From contig JAFLEF010000035.1 in NCBI GenBank assembly GCA_017309115.1, forward strand, positions 7,843 to 71,842: DNA of 64,000 nucleotides, written 5' to 3'. Position 1 is the stretch's first letter. Every line of letters begins with the position of its first letter. Made by a program: the position numbers and the translations under genes. The stretch is from Verrucomicrobiota bacterium (GTDB lineage Bacteria > Verrucomicrobiota > Verrucomicrobiia > Limisphaerales > UBA9464). Positions 1 to 9,550 of this stretch are shown one piece after another. The notes under the pieces were generated by a model. It was not told the DNA's origin, did no database searches, and worked only from the letters and a program-made list of their open reading frames with translations.

Positions 1-2522
1 ATGGCCAGGTCGTCCACCCATTGGTTGGCGTTCAATCCGCCCGTGCGGGCGCCCAGTCCGAATCGCCAGCCACCCACCGGCGTGAAGCCCGGCAGCACGA
101 TATCATGGGCAATCACCTGATCCCGATAGGCCAGATCCACCGTGCCCGCGCTGGTCACCCGCACCAAGACCTCAACGAATTCGTCACCGGTGAACAGCAG
201 TTCCCGCGGAACCTTCACGTCGGCCAGGAACGTTCCCTTCCACTTCACTCCCAGAGCCGGAGCCTCGCCGCCCGCGTTGTCGTAGATGTCGAAGGTGATC
301 GATAGTCCGCTGCCCACGCCTTCCTCGGCATCACCGAACGAACCGTTCGGCAAATCCGACGCCCAGGCGAACACCGCGCCGTCAGCCGGCACCTCGCTCC
401 CGCCACCGACCCGGAACTTGAAGGCGGCCGTCCAGCTTTCGACGGCATTGCCGCCGTTGAGATCCTCAATCACGAACGAACCGCTGAGGCCGTTCTCGGC
501 ATCGGTCAGATGCAGAATGCCGTCACCCGGCACTGCGGCGCTGCCAAAGACCGCAGTTCCCGCCGGCACCGCACCCGCAAAGTCGAGATTCAAGGTGGGC
601 GTGGTCGGACGGACCAGGGTGACCACGGTAAGCACCACCGGATCACTGGTGACCGTGTTGGCCGGACCCGTGGCCCGCAAGCGAACCTCCGTGCCATTCA
701 TCGCCCCGGTCGTTGCCGCGGTCACATAGGTGGCGTCAGTCGCCCCGGCAATATCGGAGAACTCCACCGCTCCCGGCGCCTTTGACTGCCATTGATAAGT
801 CGTCGTCGTGGGATCATTGACCGCCGCCGTGAAGGTCGCGGTCCGGCCCACCAACACCGCCGCCGGGACTGGCGGCTGGGTGATCGCCACCGGGCCCACG
901 TACTCCTCCGTAGTGATTTCGACGTTGTCGACATAATGCGCTTGGTTCTCCCCGCCCGTTCGCGCCGCGAAGCCAAAGCGTCCGCCCGCCAATCCAGCGA
1001 AGCCCGGAAGAGCCAGGTTGGAATGGAGCACCTCACCGTTGTGGACCACATCCACCGTGCCGTCGGCTTCCACCCGGACAATCACTTCCACGAACGTTCC
1101 CGTGGATAGTTGGACCAGCGGCAGCTTCTTGCTCGCCACCACTTGGCCACCCCACTTCACGTCCACCGCAGGAGCCTCACCGCCGCCCCCGTTGTAGGTG
1201 TCAAACGAAACGGTCAATCCCGTGCCAGCGCCCTCCTCGGCGGCACCAATCACGTCGTCCGGCAGATCCTTCGCCCAGTTGAAACTGAGCCCGTCCGCCG
1301 GTAGGGCCGACCCAGGCCCCAGTTGCAAATCGAACCGCGCGGTCATCGCGCCGACCGCCTTCGCCGCATCACCATCAGGAAGCACAAACGCCCCTGACTC
1401 GCTGTTGGCCGCCTCCGTCAAGCGAAGGACGCCCGTCCCACCCACCCCGCCATCGAGGGTCAACGTCGCCGTACCAAACAGGCTCGTGCCGTCCGGCAGA
1501 ACGGCATCGTCAAAGGTGTACGAACGCTCGGGTGTGGGCAGAACCACCGGCACCACAGTCAGTGTGGCCGGTTCGCTGACCAATGTGTTGCCCGCACTCA
1601 CCACGGTCAGTTGAAACTGCGTGCCATCCTCCGCCGCCGTGAGCAACGGCGTCGTGTATTCCGGGGAAGTGGCTCCTGCAATGGCGGTGAACGTGGCGGC
1701 GCCGGGAGCCTTCCGAGCCCATTGATAGGAGACCACCAGGGACGGATCGTTAACTTCGCTGCGCAAAGTCACCTCCGAACCCAACCGTCCGATCAAATTC
1801 GCCGGAGCCCGACGGAACCCCACGTTCAAGGGGCCCGTGGTCGTGGTGATGGCCAGGTTGTCAAACCACTGGTTCTCGTTAGCTCCACCCGTGCGCCCGC
1901 CAATTCCCAAACGCGCTCCCAGGATCGGCTGAAATCCCGTGACGGCCAGATCCGTGTAAAGTGCCTGACCGTTGTAGGTCAGATCCAACGTTCCGTCCGG
2001 ATCGAGCTTGATCTGCACGTCGACAAACTCGGCGCCCGTGCGCAACTGCGTGATGGGCACGCGGCGTTCCGCCACCACGGCCCCCGCCCATTTGATGTCC
2101 ACCGAGGGTGCTTCGCCGCCCCCGTTGTCATAGATGTCGAAGGTAACCGACAGCCCGCTGCCCGTCCCTTCCTCACCCCAGGTGCCGTCCGGCAGATCGC
2201 TGGCGACGCAGAAGCTGAAACCATCGGCCGGATTGCTGGTTCCTCCTCCGAGCCGGAGTTTGAAGTTGGCCACAAATCCGTTGAGCCCATCCACCGCGGC
2301 CGGATCCAGATTCTCAATGACGAACCCGCCGGTTTGATCATTGGCAGCGACGGTCAGCTTAAGAACGCCCCCGTTAACGGTGGTGTTTCCCCACACGGCG
2401 GTACCGGGTGGAACGACATTGTCATCGAAGTTTGCGGTAAACGTCCCGGCGTGCAGCGCCGTCAGACTGGCCACTGAGGACCAGACTGCGAGGGAGTTCC
2501 TCCAGTTCTTTATCGATCTCAT
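1..2522 (-). CDS. Secreted lectin-like + Ig-like tandem-repeat protein (partial; 3' end runs off the left edge)
   Basis: Absent from the ORF track because no stop lies in the window. My reverse-complement translation from ATG 2522-2520 reads MRSIKNWRNSLAVWSSVASLTALHAGTFTANFDDN... (signal peptide) and stays open to position 1 (840 codons + 2 nt). There are three units of ~305 aa. Each has an L-type-lectin/LamG-like core (ADGFSFCVASDLP..GSGLSVTFDIYDN; ADGLSFNWAKDLP..GTGLTVSFDTYNG; ADGAVFAWASDLP..GSGLSITFDIYDN) followed by an Ig-like segment (..SYQWARKAPGAATF.., ..TYQWQSKAPGAVEF..). Antisense shadow ORFs at 286, 1198 and 2134 (MSKVIDSPLP / MSNETVNPVP / MSKVTDSPLP) expose the 912-936 bp period. 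Confidence 0.75.
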   Translation of the reverse strand, partial: MRSIKNWRNSLAVWSSVASLTALHAGTFTANFDDNVVPPGTAVWGNTTVNGGVLKLTVAANDQTGGFVIENLDPAAVDGLNGFVANFKLRLGGGTSNPADGFSFCVASDLPDGTWGEEGTGSGLSVTFDIYDNGGGEAPSVDIKWAGAVVAERRVPITQLRTGAEFVDVQIKLDPDGTLDLTYNGQALYTDLAVTGFQPILGARLGIGGRTGGANENQWFDNLAITTTTGPLNVGFRRAPANLIGRLGSEVTLRSEVNDPSLVVSYQWARKAPGAATFTAIAGATSPEYTTPLLTAAEDGTQFQLTVVSAGNTLVSEPATLTVVPVVLPTPERSYTFDDAVLPDGTSLFGTATLTLDGGVGGTGVLRLTEAANSESGAFVLPDGDAAKAVGAMTARFDLQLGPGSALPADGLSFNWAKDLPDDVIGAAEEGAGTGLTVSFDTYNGGGGEAPAVDVKWGGQVVASKKLPLVQLSTGTFVEVIVRVEADGTVDVVHNGEVLHSNLALPGFAGLAGGRFGFAARTGGENQAHYVDNVEITTEEYVGPVAITQPPVPAAVLVGRTATFTAAVNDPTTTTYQWQSKAPGAVEFSDIAGATDATYVTAATTGAMNGTEVRLRATGPANTVTSDPVVLTVVTLVRPTTPTLNLDFAGAVPAGTAVFGSAAVPGDGILHLTDAENGLSGSFVIEDLNGGNAVESWTAAFKFRVGGGSEVPADGAVFAWASDLPNGSFGDAEEGVGSGLSITFDIYDNAGGEAPALGVKWKGTFLADVKVPRELLFTGDEFVEVLVRVTSAGTVDLAYRDQVIAHDIVLPGFTPVGGWRFGLGARTGGLNANQWVDDLA

Positions 2523-2866
2523 AGAATTCATCAGTACTGCAGTTTCCAAATTGTTCCGGGCACGACCGGGCAAAACGCAGGGTGCTGCGCTGAATGCGAC
2601 CGTTCGACGGAAGTGTGGAAAATGACGCATGACGCGCGCCACGGTTACGCGTGAGCGAATCAATTCAGCAGATGTTCCGCCCGCTGATCGGTTCTATTCG
2701 CCAGCCTTTATCGGAACGACTAATCCAGTGGCTCGCTCCACCCCGCCGCGCTCACTTTCGGGGGCGAAGCGACTCCGGATGACTCCGGAGGACTTCGCGC
2801 CAACCCGTTCGCCGTCTTGACGCCTGACCTCCTGTTGCCTCTCATGCCGGGTCTTTCGAGACATAA

Positions 2867-4180
<1,314 letters not shown>

Positions 4181-4217
4181 ACGGTCGGGCCCTGCCCGTT
4201 CCACGTTCTGATTTCAA

Positions 4218-4252
4218 CCCCGGGAGCGATCCGCTCCCGGGGTTTTTGTTTT
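4218..4252 (+). terminator. Rho-independent terminator downstream of eno
   Basis: Perfect 11-bp stem CCCCGGGAGCG (4218-4228) / CGCTCCCGGGG (4232-4242), 3-nt loop, then TTTTTGTTTT (4243-4252). Confidence 0.85.
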
Positions 4253-4290
4253 CCGGAGGGAACGCCACCGCCCCTCCTCTGCTTTACCGC

Positions 4291-4339
4291 TTTACCCACC
4301 CCGACAGATCTTCAGATTCGCCGAAGTCATGAACAGATC
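4291..4339 (+). promoter_or_regulatory. Copy A of a 49-nt conserved promoter/5' leader block that includes the start codon (ATG AAC AGA TC)
   Basis: TTTACCCACCCCGACAGATCTTCAGATTCGCCGAAGTCATGAACAGATC matches 15953-16001 at 48 of 49 positions, in the same orientation. It ends 11 nt into the 4329 CDS (MNRS). Weaker similarity extends ~35 nt upstream and ~20 nt downstream. Confidence 0.6.
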
Positions 4340-7300
4340 GGAAACCCTGATTCGAACCCTCCTGCCTTTGATTCTTCGTTGGAGTCGCTTCGGGTGTCGC
4401 GGAGGCCGGGCGGTGTGGCTGTTAACGGGCTTCATTGCTTTGGCCCAACCCGACAACGACTCGTTTGCGGAGCGATTCGTCCTCCAGGGTAACTTCCTCA
4501 CGTTCTCCGGATTTACTTTGGGCGCGGAACTGGATCCGGCGGAAGCGACCCGGTTGCAAGTTCCGGCGGGAAGTGGAAAGGGAGCGGTCTGGTGGCAGTG
4601 GACGGCACCGGCTTCAGGCAGGTTGAAACTCTCAAACCCCGCTTACAACGGAGGCTGGGGAAAACGCTTCTTCTTCCGACTGATCGCCTTCGAAGGAAAG
4701 ACCTGGGATTCCCTCAGCTTGGCTGCGGAATTCAGCTCCAAAGAATCCATGGAGTTCTGGGTGAACGAAGGGGTCACCTATTGCTTCGCTATCATTGGAC
4801 CTTCGCGGCCCGAGTCCGTCTGGGATTTCACCCTCAACCTGGCGTTGCCGATGGCTCCGGCCAACGATTCCCCGGAGTCACCCCAGGAGTTGGTCGGGGA
4901 TTATCTCACCGCGGCGGGGACAACCCAATTCGCGAATCCCGATTCTGAGCTCCAGCCAAGCGTGTGGTGGACGTGGACTGCTCCGCGATCTGGTCAGGCG
5001 TTCCTCAAACTTCTCCCCTCGGATTCGACCGTCCGCTTCAAGGTTTGGAAACGCAGCACGTATCCGGCCGGGCCGGCCGTAGCATCCCAAATTCGCCTGA
5101 AGGATGACGCCACTCCAACGCTCTGGCCCACCCGGACCACTTGGTCAGCCGAGGCAGGTGAAATCTACCTCCTCTCGGCGATTCAGGACACCACCACAAC
5201 CCCGGGGACGTTCTCCTTTGAACTGTTGCTGTCGGAGTTCGGTTTGCGAGCCGATCAACCGTCCGTGCACGCCACCGATACGGTCGAGCTTCAACTGTTG
5301 GCGCCTACAAATTGGATCGGAGAGCGACACTTCACTCTGCACGATAGTGCGGCGCCCAGTCTCACCAATACGATCTCGGGTTTCCCGTGGGCGTGGTCCA
5401 ATGCCGTTCTTGGCACCCACCGCTTGGAAGCGGTTACCGTGGACTCTCTGGGCCGCCGTTGGCCCGCCACGAATTCAGTAGCGATTGGTGTCTTCGATCT
5501 ACAGTCCACCCCCACCAATGACTGGTTCGCCCAACGGACCGTCTTGACCACGGGCACGAATATTCTTTTATCCCTCGACTCCGCGAGCGCGGAACCCGGC
5601 GAACCTGGAAACGCCGATCACTCTGTTTGGTTCGAGTGGAAGGTGCCTACCGACGGCCGCCTGCAAATCTCCCGTTTCCCCTCCTCTCCATCGCCTCAGA
5701 TCGACGCTTATGTGGGTTCATCCTTGGGCGACCTGCGACCCCTCGTTGGAAATTCGCTCACCAATGGCGGAATTCTCGACCTCGTCTTCCCCGCCACCGC
5801 GAATCAACCGGTCCTGATCCGATTTTCCAGTCCCACCAATCATTATCGCTCGATCTCCCTGAGCATTGTGGGCGGACCAATTCCACCGAATGATGCCTGG
5901 ACCAATCGGACCATTCTTCCCTCTGGGAGTTTCCAAGTCGAAGGAAGTACTGGCTTGGCCAGCGTTGAGGCCCTGGATTCCGGGTTGGACTCACGAACGG
6001 TGTGGTTCGAGTGGACTCCTCCCGCAGAGGGAATTCTGGAACTCCCTAGCGCTCCCAGTGAAGGCAACAGAACGCTGTTATTCGCCGGTCCGGGATTTCC
6101 CAAGTCCGTTCTTCGCCCGCTGGAATTTGGCAGTCGGCTGCAATTCTTGGTTCATCCCACCACCAACTATTTTCTTGGTGTCCTGGGTCAGGGGTATTCC
6201 AGGTTCCCAGCCACGGGCGGTAGCTTTGCGTTCGCCGGAGTCTTCCACCCCCGACATTCCCACGATCGACTCACCAATGCCCATGTGCTTGCGGGAATCG
6301 ATATCGAACTGGCGGGAAGTTGGGCCGGCGCACTCTACGGCTACGCAACCTCCTTGCTGAACCCGTTTGATCGATACATCTGGTACGACTGGACGGCACC
6401 GGAATCTGGACAGGTCTGCTTGGCCTTCGAAACGCCCCATCCCACTTCAGTTGGCGTATTTCCACCCGGCGGTGATGGCAGCTACATCGCTACTCAACAA
6501 CAAGCGGGCCAGTGGGCTTTCACCGCCGTCGCGGGCAGCCGCTACCTGATCGCGATCGGTAGCTCATACCAAACACCCGACCTTTTCCGCGGCCGTCTCC
6601 AACGGCTCACGTCGCCGGAAAACGATCTATTCGAATTCAGCAAATCCATTCAAGGAACTCAGGCCCGACTCCGCGGAACATTTTTCTCGGGAGGCCGAGA
6701 GCCCGGCGAACCGGCTTTCCCACCGATCGCGAATTCCAACGCCTCCGTCTGGTGGACCTGGACCGCTCCCCATTCGGGTTGGGTTTCCCTGCGGCATTCC
6801 GCTCAGGTGGGTCTCCGGGTGTTTACCGGAACAGACGTGAGGCAGTTAGCCCCGGTTCCCACCGAGGGACCAGAGCCCTTCGAATTCGAGCAGGAGACAC
6901 GATTTGAAGTTGAAACCGGAATTTCATACCGAATCGCGGCGTACGGCTCGAATCTCCAACCTTTCCTGTTCGACGTAGATCTCAATCTTTCCACCTTTCG
7001 CGTAGCCCGGCCCGATGACCAAGCCGTTTTCAACTGGGGTGACCCCATCGAAGTCCAAGCCGCTGTCCCCGATCCGGTGGTGGATGGAGTGTTAAGCGGA
7101 CCGGTACACGTGGTGCCCGGGAACTTTCCCAGCCTCGATTTATTCAACGAATTCGGCACGATTCCCGGTCCGCCTGGCAGTGGCCTCATCCACCAATTCT
7201 CCCCGCCCTCCGTGACCTTCCGACTCTGGGCCACCAACACGGAAGGTTCGCTGCGCTACACGCCTCCAGTCCGCATCGAGGTTCGGGCCGCCCACGATGC

Positions 7301-9530
7301 CTTCGCCCGGGCGAAAGTGCTGACCGGGACTAATTGGACGGAAACTCTTTCTCTGACCGGCGCCACCTTCGAACCCGGCGAACCCTTCACCCAGGAGCCG
7401 AATCAAGGATCTGTTTGGGTCCAATGGCGGGCTCCCCATACCGGACACGCCCTGCTTTCACTTTTCGGAAACTCGGCCTCCGTCAAAGCGTACCAAGGAA
7501 CCACCTGGGGTACTCTACAGGAAGTCCCGGCTGCTCTTTTTCCAGTCAACCGGGGAACCGAGTACCGCTTTCAAATCATCAGCACCGCGCCAAATGCCTC
7601 GGCCGAACTGCGCCTCGAGTCGTATCCCTATCGCGTGGAAGTCGTGGGCCCGGGCATTCCCCGACGAAGTGAGCTGGCCTTTGAGTTGGTCACGGACATT
7701 CCGGCTAGCGAGATCGCCTCGGTCGAATACGTAACCTCCTACTTCGTGTCGCCGCCGGCCTACTTTCCCCCTTACCGGGTATCCGCCGCCAACACCGAGT
7801 TCCAAGCCGGCCCCCAATGGGTCCGTCCCCTCATTGAGTTCAAAAACGGGACGGTCTGGGAGATTCCCAGCAGCTTTACCCACAGCTGGCGTCCCGACAA
7901 TGACGACCTCGCCGACGCCTTCCGGATGGATTCGTTCTGGTGGGGTTGGGTGGGCACTGGAGGCGCGACCCTGGAACCTGGAGAGCCCGCTACCGCGAAC
8001 GGCCAAGGGTCCATTTGGTGGACCTTCGAAGCGCCGGAGGATGGCTATCTGAGCGTCTCCACCGGACACGCCAATCTCGCATTCGAAATCTTCTCCAACC
8101 CCGACAAGACCGGTTGGGCGAGGGCTATCCGGCTGGGACCACCCGCGCGGTCCCAAATCGTGGAGGTCCGCAAGCAGCAACGAATCCAGATTCGTTTGCT
8201 CGCGCCTCCCGGTGTTTTTGATGTCGAGCTCCGCTTCTCCCACGTCAGCACGAACACCATCGCGGAATCCGCCCCGGAACTGCCACCCAACGGCTCCGTG
8301 GCGGCGGGGTTTGGTCCCAGCCAGGGGCAATACCTGCACTGGTGGTTTCAACCGGAGCGTTCCGGACATCTGATCTTCGAGCCGGACTTTGGAGTCAGAG
8401 GTAACTTCCGGTGGCACGCTCTGAAAAATGGTGTCGATACTGGCGTTCCACTCTTCCAGGAATCACAGCAGGCGGTTCAGGCGGGCCAGCGGTATCTTTT
8501 GAAGATGTGGCTGGCGCCTCCCGATATTGGAACGGTGAACGGCCGTTTCCGCATCGTGGAACCGCGCCAAAATTACTCCTTCACCCGGCGTCTCACTCTG
8601 CCTCCGGAAGGTGTGAACGACTACTTCGTGACCAGTCCGTTTGCGAGCAATCTCCAGGAACCGGGTCTCGATCCTGGGGCTGATCTCACCCGCCTTCGGT
8701 CCTTTTGGTTCTCCTGGACCAGCCCGGTGCGCCAGTGGGTTGACCTCAGTGCCAGTGCCGTTGCCACGCTTGGGGTGTTCGAAGGGTCCGCTCTAGACAA
8801 CCTCCGGGTTCTCCATCTCTCCAACGAGTCCTACCTCAGCTTTCTGGCTCAAGCTGGCCAGACCTACCAGATTCTGGTGCGCGTCTACAGTCTGCCCGGC
8901 TACAATCCCACAGGTCAGTTGATCCCGGTCTATCTCGGTGCCCTCGCACCTCCCGCCAACGACGATTTTTCCCAGCGAACTCCGATTCCTGGTTCCTCCG
9001 CCGTCCTGACTGTCGCCAATCAGAATGCCACCCGTGAAGCCTTCGAACCGTGGCATCAAGGCCGTCTCTCCTTGGCCACATCCTGGTGGACGTGGACCGC
9101 TCCCTCCTCGGGCCAGCTGAAACTTCAGTTTCGCGGCCGATCCCCCCAGAACTGGATCACGCTCTACCAAGGAAACTCTCTCGATACGCTCACCGAACTC
9201 CCCTCCGTTCCCCTCGTCCCCTCCCGCCCCGGCGGTTGGTGGTCGGTTCAAGCGGATGAGGTTTACCAACTCGCCATCGCCAGCGACTACCATATGCCTA
9301 GTTCGGAACTCCTCTTTGAGTTCCTTCCCGACCCCGGCCCGCTGCAAGTCCACGTCGTGAATGATGAGCTCGAACTGACTTGGCCGCCGGATTTGGCGGC
9401 CGGCGTACTGGAGTCCTCGACCGGCTTCGCCACTGGTGATTGGGAAGAGATTCCGACCGGCGGTGCTACGACCCTCCGTCTTCCGATCTCCACTGCGGCC
9501 ACCCGCTTCTTCCGCCTGCGGCTGCCGTAG
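4329..9530 (+). CDS. Giant secreted repeat protein (1733 aa) with about 11 ND-F...EPGEP...WWxWTAPxSG modules and a C-terminal ...RFFRLRLP domain
   Basis: Long uninterrupted ORF. Signal peptide MNRSETLIRTLLPLILRWSRFGCRGGRAVWLLTGFIALAQP. Recurrent ~150-aa modules, e.g. NDWFAQRTVL..SAEPGEPGNADHSVWFEWKVPTDGRLQIS; ENDLFEFSKSI..GREPGEPAFPP..SVWWTWTAPHSGWVSLR; DNDDLADAF..TLEPGEPATANGQGSIWWTFEAPEDGYLSVS. No enzymatic motif recognised. Confidence 0.85.
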   Translation: MNRSETLIRTLLPLILRWSRFGCRGGRAVWLLTGFIALAQPDNDSFAERFVLQGNFLTFSGFTLGAELDPAEATRLQVPAGSGKGAVWWQWTAPASGRLKLSNPAYNGGWGKRFFFRLIAFEGKTWDSLSLAAEFSSKESMEFWVNEGVTYCFAIIGPSRPESVWDFTLNLALPMAPANDSPESPQELVGDYLTAAGTTQFANPDSELQPSVWWTWTAPRSGQAFLKLLPSDSTVRFKVWKRSTYPAGPAVASQIRLKDDATPTLWPTRTTWSAEAGEIYLLSAIQDTTTTPGTFSFELLLSEFGLRADQPSVHATDTVELQLLAPTNWIGERHFTLHDSAAPSLTNTISGFPWAWSNAVLGTHRLEAVTVDSLGRRWPATNSVAIGVFDLQSTPTNDWFAQRTVLTTGTNILLSLDSASAEPGEPGNADHSVWFEWKVPTDGRLQISRFPSSPSPQIDAYVGSSLGDLRPLVGNSLTNGGILDLVFPATANQPVLIRFSSPTNHYRSISLSIVGGPIPPNDAWTNRTILPSGSFQVEGSTGLASVEALDSGLDSRTVWFEWTPPAEGILELPSAPSEGNRTLLFAGPGFPKSVLRPLEFGSRLQFLVHPTTNYFLGVLGQGYSRFPATGGSFAFAGVFHPRHSHDRLTNAHVLAGIDIELAGSWAGALYGYATSLLNPFDRYIWYDWTAPESGQVCLAFETPHPTSVGVFPPGGDGSYIATQQQAGQWAFTAVAGSRYLIAIGSSYQTPDLFRGRLQRLTSPENDLFEFSKSIQGTQARLRGTFFSGGREPGEPAFPPIANSNASVWWTWTAPHSGWVSLRHSAQVGLRVFTGTDVRQLAPVPTEGPEPFEFEQETRFEVETGISYRIAAYGSNLQPFLFDVDLNLSTFRVARPDDQAVFNWGDPIEVQAAVPDPVVDGVLSGPVHVVPGNFPSLDLFNEFGTIPGPPGSGLIHQFSPPSVTFRLWATNTEGSLRYTPPVRIEVRAAHDAFARAKVLTGTNWTETLSLTGATFEPGEPFTQEPNQGSVWVQWRAPHTGHALLSLFGNSASVKAYQGTTWGTLQEVPAALFPVNRGTEYRFQIISTAPNASAELRLESYPYRVEVVGPGIPRRSELAFELVTDIPASEIASVEYVTSYFVSPPAYFPPYRVSAANTEFQAGPQWVRPLIEFKNGTVWEIPSSFTHSWRPDNDDLADAFRMDSFWWGWVGTGGATLEPGEPATANGQGSIWWTFEAPEDGYLSVSTGHANLAFEIFSNPDKTGWARAIRLGPPARSQIVEVRKQQRIQIRLLAPPGVFDVELRFSHVSTNTIAESAPELPPNGSVAAGFGPSQGQYLHWWFQPERSGHLIFEPDFGVRGNFRWHALKNGVDTGVPLFQESQQAVQAGQRYLLKMWLAPPDIGTVNGRFRIVEPRQNYSFTRRLTLPPEGVNDYFVTSPFASNLQEPGLDPGADLTRLRSFWFSWTSPVRQWVDLSASAVATLGVFEGSALDNLRVLHLSNESYLSFLAQAGQTYQILVRVYSLPGYNPTGQLIPVYLGALAPPANDDFSQRTPIPGSSAVLTVANQNATREAFEPWHQGRLSLATSWWTWTAPSSGQLKLQFRGRSPQNWITLYQGNSLDTLTELPSVPLVPSRPGGWWSVQADEVYQLAIASDYHMPSSELLFEFLPDPGPLQVHVVNDELELTWPPDLAAGVLESSTGFATGDWEEIPTGGATTLRLPISTAATRFFRLRLP

Positions 9531-9550
9531 GGACGCGGATGCACCCGGAG

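Noticed and set aside
1611-2477. A 288-aa + strand ORF and neighbouring short + ORFs in 1-2625
   Set aside because: They are antisense to the continuous minus-strand lectin/Ig repeat gene. Their periodic MSKV.DSPLP starts are simply the reverse reading of the repeated GSGLS(V/I)TFD motif region.
4340-4365. tRNA-like T-arm string (CTGATTCGAACCCTCC)
   Set aside because: It lies inside the coding start of the 1733-aa gene (MNRSETLIRTLLP). No acceptor, D or anticodon arms can be drawn around it.
9531-9550. Possible bidirectional terminator in the 20-nt gap between the convergent giant genes
   Set aside because: The gap (GGACGCGGATGCACCCGGAG) is too short and has no stable inverted repeat. Any terminator would have to lie within the coding 3' ends, which I could not support by eye.
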